Under the pieces are notes generated by a model. It had not been told where the DNA came from and made no database searches. It saw only the letters and a program-made list of their open reading frames with translations. A stretch of DNA of 47,229 nt, counting the filler, from Jimgerdemannia flammicorona (taxonomy: Eukaryota): assembly GCA_003990765.1 (NCBI GenBank). It is 2 parts of 2 records of this genome, joined end to end, with 100 filler letters (N's around TTAATTAATTAA, not from the genome) between each part and the next. Parts side by side here need not be neighbours in the genome. Positions count along the whole stretch, not along the records: positions 1 to 23,570 come from RBNJ01001092.1; positions 23,671 to 47,229 come from RBNJ01001093.1. The stretch is one strand, 5' to 3'. Positions 13,090-25,885 of this stretch are shown here, piece after piece; the stretch's first letter is position 1, and every line of letters begins with the position of its first letter. Position numbers and translations under genes: made by a program.

Positions 13090-15730
13090 CATCATATTTT
13101 ACTTCTCTTATATAGATTCATAGTACTTCTTAAGTCTGTTCTTATATACTGTAGTAGACAGTATGGTCTCTGGGATTTTTCTAAGTCAGAAGGTAGTTCC
13201 CTTAATATCTTGTATATAGAAGGGTCCTTCTCATTTGGGCTTCAGTTTTCACAACCATGAGACTTCTATCATATTTTGATATAGTAGGACCTTTTCTCCA
13301 ATTTGAATAGGTTCTAGGGTCTTGTGATTCTTTTCTACATTCTTCCTTATCAGTGCTTGTGACTTGATGATATAATCTTCAGCCTTCTTTCTGATTTGGT
13401 ATAGTCTCCAGATTTCTACATCAATCTGTCTCTAAGTTAGGTCTAGATTTGTAGCTGAGATTCCATCAGAATCTTCTTCTCTGAAGAGAAGTTCTCTTGG
13501 GATAAAGTGTGTACTCTGTAACTATATATCTTATAAGACAGAGAGAGCAGTTGGGAGATAGTTATCCCAATTTTCATATGTCTCTGAGATCTTTGCCAGG
13601 ATGTTCTTGAGGGTCTTATTGGTTCTCTCTATCTGTTCATTTTCTTGAGAGTGATATATGGTGGTCTTGATATACCGGATCTTGTATTTCTGATACATTA
13701 ACTCATGGAATCCATTGACAAATTCTGTACCATAGTCTGTTGTGATTTACTTCAGTGTCTTATAGTGACAGATAATTTCTCAGTTCAGGAAGTCAGCTGT
13801 AAAGAGGGTATTGACTTCTTGTAATGCTTCTGCTTCTATCCATTTGATAAAGAGGTTTACAATAACTATAATATAGCAATTTCCTGATAGTGTTACTGGT
13901 AGTGGTCCAATGATATCCATTGTAATATTGTGGAAGAGAATAGGCTCAATTCTTGATGACCCAGATGTCTGGTCTTGCTGATCTTGTTTCTGTTTTTAGC
14001 ACTTGTCATACCCTTGGACAAATTGGTACAGGTCTTCTTCCATCTTGGGCCACCACATGGTTTTTCTTATCTTGCTATATATATTGGTTTCTCTTAGGTG
14101 TTTTTGTTCATATACTTCCTTCATTACTTGATACATCTTATGTTTGGGTATTATGAACTTTCCATGTATTATTGTCTAGTTCAAACTTTTTCTAAGTTCA
14201 GTTGATAATAGTGATTGTCCAGAGTTTAAGGTGGTTGGACATCTTCCACAACCCAAGGTAGCTGATTAATCCATAGTATAACTCCTTATTCATGTTGAAT
14301 AGTCTTGATGGTAGTGTTTTGAGATGTCCTTGAGAGTACATTGGCATTGGTGTTGGTTTTCTCTGAGTAGTGCTTAATAGTACAGTCATACTCTTATAGC
14401 CTATAGATCTATCTGGCATATATTCCTTTGGGGTTTAGAGTGTGGAACAGCCAGGCAAGAGCAGAATGGTCTGTTTGAATAGTGAAGTATTTCTCAGCTA
14501 GGTAGTAGTGGAACTTATCTACTGCCCAAACTACTGCTAAGTATTTGAGCTTATATGACTCATAGTTCTGTTCTACTCTATGGGTACCTTGACTTGTATA
14601 GGAGATGATGTATTTATGTTCATCTTTCTTCTGAGTCAGGACTGCTCCAAGTTCTATAGCACTTAAATATATCTGCAAGATAAATTCTAGGTTCCAATCT
14701 GGTCTTCTAAGGATAGATGCTTGGGTCAACCTAGTCTTGAGTTTATTGAAGGTTTCTTAGTATTTCTTGGTCCATTCAAATTTGGTTTCCTTCTTCAGTA
14801 GCTCATAGATAGGTGCTGTAATGTTGGAGTATTCTTTGATGAATCTTCTGTAGTAGCTGGCCAGTCCAAGGAAGGTATAGACTTCTGTAGTTGTTCTGGG
14901 TCTTGGGTAGGCTGTAATACCCTCAATCTTCATGGGTCTGTGTGGATTCTGGTCTGGTTAATGAGATGTCCTAGGTAGGCAATTTTCTAAGCCACAAACT
15001 TGCATTTCTTGGGCTTGATGTAGAGGCCATGCTCCTTGAGCTTCTTGAGGGCTAGCTGTATATAGTTGACATATTTCTATACAGTGTTGCTGAAGATAAT
15101 CATATCATCAATATTGACAAAGAGCTATTTCCCAATCTCATTGCTGAAGACTCTGTTTATCATTCACTGAAAACTTGCTGGGCATTGTATATTCCAAATA
15201 GCATTCACAGGTAGATATAGGTGATATCAGGTATGATGAAGACTGATTTCTCACTGATATCTTGAGTGAGACCAATCTGATAGAAGTCTGAGAATAGATC
15301 CAAGGTGGTGTAGTATTTGGCTTTACTTCCAAGAGTGATAAGGATTTCTTAAATATTTGGCAAGAGCTGCTTATTCTTCTTGATGATTCTATTGAACTTC
15401 TTGTAGTCAATACAAAGTCTTGGCACAAACTCTCCAGGCTTACTTCCTTTCTTCAGAGTAAGAATAATGAGTGAAGCCTAGAGACTGATAGCTTGCTTGA
15501 TAATTCTGGCTTCTTCTATTTCCTTGAGTTCTGCTCATAGCTATTCTCTGTAGACAGGTGGTATAGGTCTAGCTTTCTGGTAAATAGGCTTAGTATCACT
15601 AGTATCAACTTCATGATAGTACTTGGGTTCTTGATTGTGGATATCTCTGAAGTCTGTAGCAAGTACTCCTTCATTCTGATACAGGATCCTGAGAAGTTGT
15701 TCTTCCAGGGGAAAGTTTTCTCCCATGGTA
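13090..15730 (-). pseudogene. Family A RT-RNase H-integrase, degenerate
   Basis: Fragments 15541-15726 (KPIYQKARPIPP) and 14409-14729 (RNase H: GAVLTQ, LAVVWAVDKFHYYL, TDHSAL). Integrase MDIIGPLP (~13900-13920) and eroded GPF/GNRLKK end. Confidence 0.85.
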
Positions 15731-15799
15731 TATGTGTGCTTGTTCTGGTTCTTGTCTTTCTTGTGCTCAAGTTTGGTAATCTTGGTGGTGGCAGAGGCT

Positions 15800-16200
15800 C
15801 CTTTTCCAGTAGATTCAAAGCCTTATTCTTCTCTCTTGGTCTTGATGAGTTCAATGGCTTCAGTGATCTTGGGCTTCTTGATTTCATAGATCAGCATCTG
15901 GCCAATCCTGTCATGCTTCTTGACTTTGAATAGAGTGGTGGGATTGTGATTCCTGACTATGAGGAAGATCTTGCCAGTATAATCAGGGTTAATTACTCCT
16001 CCTTTGACTGAGATTTCACTTTTGGCCAGACTGCTCCTAGTCTTGATAATTATGACATAGTTCTCTAGCAGCTTGATTCCAATTCCAGTACCAAGTAGGG
16101 TGTTGGTCTGTGGTTTGAGAGTAGCTTCTTGAATACTGGTAAGGTCCATTCCTATGGCTCCTTCAGTCTTATATTCTGGAATCTTGGCTTTAGGGTGAAA
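15800..16200 (-). pseudogene. dUTPase domain between protease and RT
   Basis: Motifs DL, TGI, RSSLA, GGVINPDYTGKI and DRIGQML, plus eroded motif 5 (RE.*GFESTG). Confidence 0.88.
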
Positions 16201-16599
16201 CTTCTTGACCTTGAGGGTGATGTCTGGTTCTTATTTCTCCTCATCATCACTGTTAGCTTGCAGCTCTGGGGGCTGGTCATCTTCTTCAGTTTTTCTTTTG
16301 CTTCAGCAGCTTCTTGCTCATATTTCTGTTGGCAGATTTTCCTAACTTCACTGATATAGGACCAGTAGTCATTTAGGTGTTCAGAGCAGTATATCCTAGT
16401 ATCATGAAGGAATCTTCCTTGAGAGACATAGCCATTGATAATCTTGGTATATCACTGCTCATCTGTGAGCTTGGGTGTCTTATTCTTGTTCTTGTTCACC
16501 AAGTACATAAAGACTTCTGTGTCCTCTTCATCAATTTCCTCTATGTCTGGTAGAACTTCCTTGTGGACATTGATAGAGACTTGTACCTTTCTTCCTCTA

Positions 16600-18310
16600 T
16601 AGTTGATTTATATCTTTTGGACATTGAGGTCAATGATGGCCTTGGCCTTGTAAAGCCATTGATTGCCAATGAGGATGTTATAGTTGGTGGTACTTGTAAC
16701 AATCACATCTACTAGAATAGTGGCTCTTCCTATCTTGATAGAGACTTCTCAGATTTTGCTAAGAAGGGTAGCTTATATACCATCTGCTGTAACATAGATC
16801 ATTTTGGTAGACTCTTCAATGTCCCAGTCTAGACAGTCAATTGTCTTCTTGCTCATGAGATATCCTCTAACACTGATATAATGATAGTATCAAAGATACA
16901 ATCTTCAATCTGATATGTATAGGGTATAGGCTGATGTCTTGTACTGATCTTTAGATTCTTCATCTGAGTTTTTGGATTCTTTCTATGCATTGTGAGCATC
17001 CACAATCTTGGACTCTTGATTCTTGGCAGTAGTTGTAAGTTCTACTCTCACCTACTGTCTGAAGGCAGAGACTTTGGCTAACTGTCCAAAAGTAGCATTG
17101 ACCTTCTGTTTCTTAAGATCCTTGATATTATACTGATGGATCTTGGTCTTACACAGCTTCTGTTCCTTCTTGCTTTTACTTTTTTCTGAGACTGGAGTAG
17201 TGTCTTCAATAATTTGGTAAATAGCTTTATCTAACTCTATATCTTGATCAATTTCCTCAGATTGGGTCTTGCTTTGAATAGTGATAGCTGGGGTCTTCTT
17301 TGGTCTTCCAACTAGCTTGTTATTACTCTTCTTGTCTTAGGGCTTGGACTGGGTTCTGGTACCTTCAGTAGCAGGGCAGAATTCAAGCTCTTTATAGTAT
17401 TATTCATCATCAGTGTCATGAATCTCCTTGATGACTACTATATTGATTTGTTCTCTAGTTCTGCTAGCATTGCTTGGTTGGGCTTTGCAGCTTATTTCAG
17501 TTATACAATTCTTTATATAGTGGCCTTCTTCACCACATCTGAAGCATGTGATATTGTGTTCTTCTGTAGCAGCTGCAAATCTCTATACTGGTCTTCTGTT
17601 AGCACTTCAGACTTCTCTAACAATATCACCAAGATATACAGTTATCTTAGTGAACTGCTTGGCAAGTTCCTCCACTAGGTCAGCTTTGGCTACCTTGGAG
17701 ATAGGTGGAGATAATTATCTGTTTATAACTGTAGTAGGTATGATACCAATTGGTTTTGATAGCTCTATCTTGATGCTAGTTATTTTCTCTATTAAGTATT
17801 CAGTATGATGTCTAGCAGTCCAATATCTCTATACAAAGACCACTTTCTGATCAAGAGTTAGTACAGCTGAGATAGATCAGATTGCTAGGGCAATTTCAGG
17901 GTTAACTCCTTTGAGGAAGGTTAAATCTGCTATTTGTTTATTCCTTGAGGGTATCATCATAGTCAGCCAAGACAATCTGGTAGCAGATTCAGATATTGAA
18001 TGAGTTAAGATCTTCACTGAGTTCTTGGCAGATAGTATTGAGTTGATTCTTGAAAGCTTGCTTGATCTCTTCAGTATAGTATATTGTTCTGAAGAAGGCC
18101 TTCATATTGGCAAGTTTGGCTTCACCAGCATTAGTAATAGTAGCTACATTGAACTTATCTCTGATAGATCCTCTGAGGCTGACTAGTAGAAGGGTCAATT
18201 GTACATCCACACCAAGAGCTCATATGGCAGAAAATTGTTCAAAGTCTTCAATGAAGGTCAGGATTGACTCTTCAGTAGTATATCTATAGAATATGGGGAG
18301 ATACATTTCT
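16600..18310 (-). pseudogene. Family A gag and aspartic protease, degenerate
   Basis: Gag start (PIFYRYTTEESILTFIEDFEQF), zinc knuckle at ~17500-17550 and protease with ILIGNQWL (~16660). Confidence 0.8.
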
Positions 18311-18411
18311 ATCTTATCTTGAATTCTATAGGGGTAACTCTTGTAGTCAGGGTTGTTATTGTGATAGTTATTTATTTTTCAGCTTAAAAGTGAGAGATTT
18401 ATCTTGAATCA

Positions 18412-18428
18412 CCAGCCAATGGGTACCA
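18412..18428 (-). other. Primer-binding site TGGT(G/A)CCCATTGGCTGG
   Basis: Lies 3 nt after the LTR end. Same PBS at ~25866-25882 (-) and 37007-37023 (+). Cognate tRNA uncertain (possibly His). Confidence 0.75.
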
Positions 18429-18431
18429 AGT

Positions 18432-19920
18432 TGTCACATAGTGGTCACTGAGTCCTTCAAATATATCAGATTCTCTTTAAGATATATCTCTTAGCTAACT
18501 TAAGTTTGTTATAAGTAAGTTCTTATTAGAGTACCTTCCTTAGATCTTATAGTCCTCAAACTTCTTATCTTTAATGTTTTTTTATCTCTTAGATTGCTTG
18601 CAAGACAGTGTATATAAGTGAACCAAAACTGACTTTATTTCAAAAGAAATAAGAGAGGTATTTATACAAAATATAATTCAATGATTGCTAAGATATAAAG
18701 CTAAATATAAATTTCAATAACTAAAATAAAGTACTAGGATAGGGAAACCTGTTAAGTTCCAGTATTGGCACTGATGGTTACATAGGTTCAGAATACTAGT
18801 ATAATTTCAGTGATATAGGAAAATAGTACTGAAATAATTCAGAGTCACCTCAGAATACCAGTAGTGGAACAGCTGTTATATAGGAAAAGAGTGCTGAAAT
18901 AATTCAGTATAACTAAGGGACTTTTAGAGCAAAATGTTCAGGACCATAGGGGCTTCATCCTCATCAGAGGTCAGGATGTCTTTGAAGGAGATGAGGTTCA
19001 CAAATATCTCATCTATCTCATCATCATAATCATTATATAGATCACACATTTTGTGTATATCATATGGGATTATGTCATTGCTGATAATGTCATCATATTT
19101 AGTAGTGATAGAAACAAAGAGGTCTAGAGCTCTCCAGTCTATGAGATTCTCTTCTATGAAATAGGGGACAAATGTGGGGTCATGAGGAGGTAAAACCTGG
19201 ATGCTTGGGCCTTGAAATACTGAGATCAATCCTTACAGAAATTGGTCTGAGTTGTCCTGGAGGATGGGATGCCAGAAGTCTTCTACTTCATCACTATTGA
19301 GAGTGATAGTGGACTGTGCTTCTGTAGCTATCCTGGTTTCATATTGATACAGCAGGCTAACAGATCTCTAAAATCTGAGATTCTAATATACTCTAAGTTA
19401 GAGATCAACTACGATTCATGTCTGAAGATCTGATGGATCTTAGCTGTTCTTGCTTCATATATATCTATAGGAGTAGCATCTTATAACTCTTGAGGGCTGG
19501 CCTGTGGGAACTCCTGGCAGAGAAGGTTTCCTATTTTATACTCCTACTATATTTAGAGACATTCAGTAGTAATTGCAATCCTTGTTTCTATTTTAGAGTA
19601 ATAGAGAATATAATGATAAGAGTCACCAGTACCCAGGTTGACACTAGGAGTCCTTCTTAAGCAGATTCTCATAACTATTCTGATGTCTTGGAATATCCTT
19701 TCTTTGACTGAGATACTTTGGTAATTCCTTAACCTTGAGGTTTGGCAAGTAGCAGGTATTTCATTTATGGTAAGTCTTTGAGCTATTTTGGAATTGATAG
19801 GTCTTATTGGTTACTGCTACTATGGTTCCTTGATCCTTCTTTTATATTTCTCAAGATATCCATACTGTGGTTACAATGACTTACAGTTAGTCATCATTAC
19901 TTATCTTATATACTGTATGA
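18432..19920 (-). repeat. Family A 5' LTR, copy 1 (first ~80 bp missing)
   Basis: Collinear with 25886-27350. TATA (TGTATAAATA, ~18658-18667) and AATAAA (~18634-18639) on the minus strand. Confidence 0.88.
18924..19672 (-). pseudogene. LTR(U3)-encoded ORF of family A, ~250 aa, unknown function
   Basis: Same frame recovered in three LTR copies. ORF track fragments 18924-19229 and 12045-12368. Confidence 0.7.
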
Positions 19921-20149
19921 TAAAACCATTTTGTCATGGCTATAAAGATAATAAATATAAAAAGCAAAAAAAGAGAGACTAAGATAGAATATACAAATGC
20001 TCAGTACCAACTATAGAAACAATATTGACACCTAAACACCAAACAACTGACATGAGATATATAACTCTATATACTCTTAACAATAAGAGAACCAACTGAG
20101 GTGAATGAGGGAAAAGAAAGAAATAAAGAAAATATGTAATTGCTCAATT

Positions 20150-20745
20150 ACCCAAGTATCTTCATAATCTCAGTCAGGCAGAACCTGACTATGAGATGAT
20201 CACCAGAGTTATATATAGTATCAATAGTATGGTAGGCTGTCTCATGATGAGTATGAAGAGGATAGGCATAAAAGCTCTTTTATCATTCATTACTAGTAAA
20301 CCAATTGAGCTGTTCATTACAATCAGAGGTATCTTGGAAGATAGAATAGGAATCATTGAGAAGACCATATCTGAGGAGATAACTATAATAAAACTTATTT
20401 CCACAGAGACAGTGACAGGATTGGCCAAAATAACCATAGCACTAGGCAAGAGCAGAATGCACAAGCTGGGGAGGGAAGGAGAGGACACAGTCAGTGCCCC
20501 TAGACTGCAAGTGGTCTTAAGTTATAATGTACTGAATGAGTGCTTGAGAGGAGAAGACCCATTCCTATAGCAGCTAGTCCTAGAGGAATGACTGAAAGAA
20601 GGAGTTGAGCAGGTGAGTCTTGTAGACCTGGGGATAGAGGTCCTATATTATAACTATTTCAGTAGTTGTAACTTAGAGATAGAGAATAAAGATACTGCAC
20701 TTATAAAAGAGTTCTGAGAATTTGTAAGTAATTAGTTACTGATAT
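20150..20745 (+). pseudogene. Degraded coding-like segment of unknown origin
   Basis: 124-aa ORF 20196-20570 continues past stops to a GTAAG at ~20744. CpG-free like the neighbouring repeats. Confidence 0.3.
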
Positions 20746-20749
20746 TGAG

Positions 20750-22810
20750 ATATTTCAATAATATCTATTCCTTTGTCTGTAGATAAGATCGTCTTTTAAA
20801 ATCTTTTAGCAGACAAATTAAAGTTTGAAAAAAATAATTTTTTAAAACATTATTTTTCTGTTAAAAATTTATCTCAATTTGTTTAAAAACAAAATACCAA
20901 AGGTAGAATTATTATATAAAAAATTATTAGTAAAATTTTTTTTAAAAGCTATTATGATTTTAAAAGTTATAAACTTTTAAAATCTTGCCTCTAAATATAG
21001 GTGCAAAACAGTCAAAGGGATATAATAGTTATAGCTAACTATATCTTCTAAGAGATAACTGATCTAATAGTAGCTTGAGATTTATTTAATTTGGTAAAAT
21101 TTACTAAGTATGTTCAGAACATTCTATTGGACTTTTATGAAATAGAGGAGTACTAGACTAAGAATATTTATAAGGAGTAGAGAAGCTATAGCTTAGTTAA
21201 TAATAGTATTCTAAATATTAGTATAAATATAGTTATAGATCTCAGTAGTTATAGCTAGATATATATTTAAGAGTTATAGTTATTTATCTAGTTTGTTATA
21301 GTTATCTATTTTAATATATAGTATTTTTAATACATATACTTTTAGTTCTGATTAGTAAGGTTTCATTAGTATAAATCTTATATTCTGTGACTTCAAGTTG
21401 ACTCAGCTTTATGATCTGTGACTTTGAGTTAATTTCTTTAAAGAGTGATATATAATTATAATAGCTTAGAGATTATGTACTTATATACTTTATAGACTAT
21501 TATGAAATTTATTTAAAAATTTTAAAATATAAATATAATCTTTTATAATACTTGAGATTTATTTATAATATTTTAATTTTAAATTTATATTAAATATTAT
21601 ATACTTTACTAATTTCTTATTAAAGATCAGAATAGATATCTTGGTTATATGTATATTTATATTAGAATTATATTTATATATTTATACTAGTTATATCTAT
21701 ATTTATTATAAAAACTACTTTTATTATTACTAAAATACTTATAGTTAATATACTTATATTTAAATATTATTAGACTAATTTTAGCTTATCATAATATAGT
21801 ATATATTTTTATATATTTATTTATAAATATTTAGTACCAATATAACTCTAATTTATAGTTAATAAAAAGTAATTTTTTTATAATATAAATTAAATTAAAT
21901 TAAATTTAACTTTAGTTCAATTTAATTTAAAGTTCAATTTAAATCTATTATTTTAAAATTCAGTAACTTACTAAACTATATCTAAATTTAATAAACTTTA
22001 GTAAATTAGATATGTTTTATTAAGATAAATCTAATATAATAAATAATATTAAATTTGGTTATATATTTATTAAGTTATTGTATTTGATATTTATAACAAA
22101 AAAAAAATAAATTAAATTAAATTAAATAAAATCTCAGTTTAATTTGAACTTAATTTAATTTATTTAGAAGTACTAATTATAATTACTAATAATATAAATC
22201 TAATAAAATTGTATAAAATTATGTATCTTATAAAGTTTATATCTTAATATAATAAATTAATAATAGTTAATATAAAGATAAATAATATAATTTTTTTTTT
22301 TTTTTTTTTTTTAACTTTAAATAAAGTTATATATTTTCTATTTATTAGTTAATAAGTATTAAGTTTTAATATAATAGATTTATAACTTAAAAAATATATC
22401 TTTTAAATTATTTTTAATATTAAAGCAAGTAATAAAATATACTTTATAATTATAACTAAAGATATTATTACTAAACTATTAAAATAAAACTAAAATATAA
22501 AATAATATGCATATATCTTAATATTTTATTATTAGAATGTACTTATTTTACTAAGCTTTTCTGTTATTTATATATGTTTAGAGTGTAAAGTTTGAGCTAT
22601 TAATTATAATATTAAGTTAAATTTAAACTATATTATATTATATATAAATATATTTTATTAATTAATTAGAAATATAAATTTAAAGTAGGTAGTAATTATA
22701 TATTATTATACTTTTAAGATAAATATATACAACTACTAAATCTTTAAAAAATATAAAATATTATTAGAAATCTTTAGAAATTTTAAATTTATAAATTAAG
22801 AGTAAACCTC
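20750..22810. repeat. Extremely AT-rich eroded repeat relic
   Basis: Nearly all A/T with abundant TA dinucleotides. Abrupt transition to GC-balanced DNA at ~22810. Confidence 0.6.
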
Positions 22811-22936
22811 TAGTCATCGATTTGTAAGTAATGTTTTACAGAAGTCAAAATTGGTCTGGCTTCTACCGTATTTGGTCCGAAATACGCCGCTGCCTAAAAC
22901 ACGCCCAACCACCACCACGAAATACTCCAAACCACC

Positions 22937-23400
22937 ATGCCCAAAACTCACAAGGTCCGACCTACTACCTTAAATAGAAAGCGACCAAAGAACAAAGACA
23001 AAGGCCAAGTGATTCAAATGGATTCAAGAAGCCAAAAGAAACGTAAACTCTCAGATAGTGAGGAGGCCGATGAAGGTAAATAGTTATCTTGAACTGAGTT
23101 GTACTTTGCAAGTCTCTCGTGTGATAATGTATGCTATATGCACCAACTCAAACTTACTGTTTCAACAGTCGCCAACCGGCAATCACCTACGCCAGGTGCG
23201 TATCACTCTGGGAAACGATTGTGGCCTGTTTCTCCTAGTGGTCGTGATTTGACTTTGCATTTGATGGAGTCAAAAAGCTCTCTGCAACTTGCCGACTTTT
23301 ATTCATAGCTCCTCTTAACTCTCTTCTCTACGCACAGGACTGGAGGACGAGGCCTGTGATGACCCTGAGAAAAAAAAGGCCAAAACGTCCAAAATAAGAG
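22937..23400 (+). CDS. 5' exons of an unknown basic/acidic (NLS-like) protein; continues into the assembly gap
   Basis: ACCACCATG start. Exons 22937-23075, 23169-23195 and 23338-23400 with GT..AG phase-1 introns in one frame (MPKTHKVRP..KKRKLSDSEEADE/VANRQSPTP/GLEDEACDDPEKKKAKTSKIR). Confidence 0.6.
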
Positions 23401-23570
23401 GTAAGCGAGCAATCATTCGAATGGTTAGAGTATCAATTTCTATTCGGTAGTGCGTTTTCAGCAATGGGAGAAAGGGGCTAGGAACCATAGTTACGTAGAG
23501 CTCCATATTCTTGAACGTCCAGTTAAGAGAACATATCTGATCATTCGCGCTGGTTTCTTCACTTCACGGC

Positions 23571-23670
23571 NNNNNNNNNNNNNNNNNNNNNNNNNNNNNN
23601 NNNNNNNNNNNNNNTTAATTAATTAANNNNNNNNNNNNNNNNNNNNNNNNNNNNNNNNNNNNNNNNNNNN
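23571..23670. other. Assembly gap spacer (N44-TTAATTAATTAA-N44)
   Basis: Symmetric 100-nt artificial linker with stops in all frames. Confidence 0.95.
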
Positions 23671-23834
23671 AATTTAGGGCTGCTGTTTTGTTTGCTCGTG
23701 ATGCGGCAGGAAAGAACAAAGAAAAAGAACAAAGAAAAGAGAGGGAACAAAGGAAAGGGTGATGTCACCAAAGTGCGGCAGGAAAAAAAAACAAGAGCAA
23801 AATGAACAAAAGAAAGGGTGACGTCACCAAAGAT

Positions 23835-24017
23835 TTCAATCCGAATGGATCAATCCGGATGGGTCAATCCAGATGGGTCAATCCGGATGGATCAATCCAG
23901 ATCAATCCAGATCAATCCAGATCAGATCACAAGACCAATCCGAGTTGATTCGAATCCATCACATGACGAATCTGAATCGAATCTCATCTGGATCAACTCC
24001 ATTCGTTCAGAGCACTA
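23835..24017 (-). mobile_element. Possible DNA-transposon terminus (hAT-like) with subterminal GATCAATCC(A/G)G repeats
   Basis: Ends in GTTCAGAGCACTA (reverse complement TAGTGCTCTGAAC) exactly where the family A protease is cut. About 8 short repeats inside. Partner end not seen. Confidence 0.4.
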
Positions 24018-25885
24018 TTTGTGGACATTGATAGAGACTTATACCTTTCTTCCTCTATAGTTAATCTGCATCTTCTGGGCATTGAGATTAATGATGGCCT
24101 TGGCCTTATGAAGTCATTGATTATCAATAAGGATATCATAGTTGGTGGTACTTATAACAATCACATCTACTGAGATAGTAGCTTCTCCTATCTTGATGGG
24201 AACTTCTCAGATTTTGCTAAAGAGAGTAGCTTGTGTACCATCTGCTGTGATATAGACTATCTTGGTGAACTCTTTAATGTTCCAACCTAGGTGGTCAATT
24301 GTCTTCTTGCTCATAAGATATCCTCCAGCACTGGTATCAATAATGGTATCAAAGATACAATCTTTGATCTGACATGGGGTATAGGCTGATGTCTTGTGCT
24401 GATCTTTGGATTTTTCACCTAAGTCTTCTGATTCTTCTTGTGCATTGTGAGCTTCTACAATCTTGTACTCTTGATTCTTGGTAGTAGTTGCAAGTCCTAC
24501 TCTCAACTGCTATCTGAAGGCAGAGACTTCAACTAGCTGTTCAAAAGTAGCATTGATCTTCTGTTCCTTGAGGTCCTTATAGATATCATACTGGTGGATC
24601 TTAGTCTTATATAGCTTTTATTCCTTCTTGCTTTTGCTTTCTCCTGAGACTAGAGTAGTATCTTCAATAATTTGGCAGACAGCTTTATCTAACTCTATGT
24701 CTTGATCAATCTCCTCAGATTGAGTCTTACTTTGAATAGTAACAGTAGGGGTCTTCTTTAGTCTTCCAACTGGCTTGCTGTTGCTCTTCTTGTCATAGGG
24801 CTTAGACCAGATTCTGGTACCTTCAGTAGCAGAGTAGAATTTGAGCTCTTGTAGTATTCTTCATCATCAGTATCACCAATCTCCTCAATAACTACTGTAT
24901 TGGTTTGTTCTCTGGTTTTGTTAGCATTGTATAGTTGGGCTTTGCATCTTATTTCAGTTATATAATTCTTTGTATAGTGGCCTTCTTCTCTATATCTGAA
25001 GTATATAATATTGCATTCTTCTATAACAGCTGCAAATCTCTATGCTGGTCTCCTGTTGGCACTTTAGACCTCTTTAACAATATCACTAAGGTGTACAGTT
25101 ATCTCAACAAACTACTTGGCAAGTTCCTCTACTGGGTCAGCTTTGATTATCTTGGGGGTAGGTGAGATTGATTGTCTGTTTATAACTGTAGCAAGTATGA
25201 TACTAGTTGGCTTTGATGGCTCTATCTTTATGCCAGTTATTTTCTCTATTGAGTGTTCAGCAGGGTGTCTGACAGTCCAATATCTCTGTGCAAAGACCAC
25301 TTTCTGATCAAGAATCAGTGCAGCTAGGGTAGACCAGATTGCTAGGATAATTTCAGAGTGAACTCCTTTAAGGAAGATTGAATCTGCTATTTGTTCCTTA
25401 AGGACATCATCATAGCCAGCCAAGACAATCTAGTGGCAAATTCAGATATAGAATAAGTTGGGATCTTCACTGAGTCTCCGGCAGATAGTATTGAGTTGAT
25501 CTTTGAGAGCTTGCTTGATATCTTCAGTATAGTATATTGTTCTGAGGAAGGTCTTTATGTTGGCAAGTTTGGCTACACCATTATCAATAATAGTGATTAT
25601 ATTGAAATTATCTCTGATAGGTTCTCTGAGACTGACTGGTAGAAGGGCCAATTGTGTATCTACACCAAGAGCTCATACTATGGCAAATTGTTCAAAGTCT
25701 TCAATGAAGATCAGGATTGACTCTTCAGTAGTATATCTATAGAATGTAGGGGGATATATTTCCATCTTATCTTAAATTCTTGCAGAGATGACTCTTGTAG
25801 TCAGGGTAGTTATTGTGGTAGTTATTCATTTTTCAGCTTGAAAGTGAGGGATTCATCTTGAATCACCAGCCAATGGGCACCAAGT

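Larger units (their letters stand above)
11998..19920 (-). mobile_element. Ty3/gypsy LTR retrotransposon family A, copy 1 (gag-PR-Cys module-dUTPase-RT-RH-INT; no chromodomain seen); both LTRs truncated
   Basis: 5' LTR 18432-~19920, PBS, gag with CFRCGEEGHYIKNC knuckle, protease, dUTPase, RT, RNase H (TDHSAL), integrase, PPT and 3' LTR 11998-12743. Confidence 0.92.

Noticed and set aside
23571..23670. TTAATTAATTAA palindrome within N runs
   Set aside because: Artificial scaffold spacer, not biological.
23840..23935. Short spaced repeats as a CRISPR array
   Set aside because: About 10-bp units with no unique spacers, no cas genes, and a eukaryotic context.
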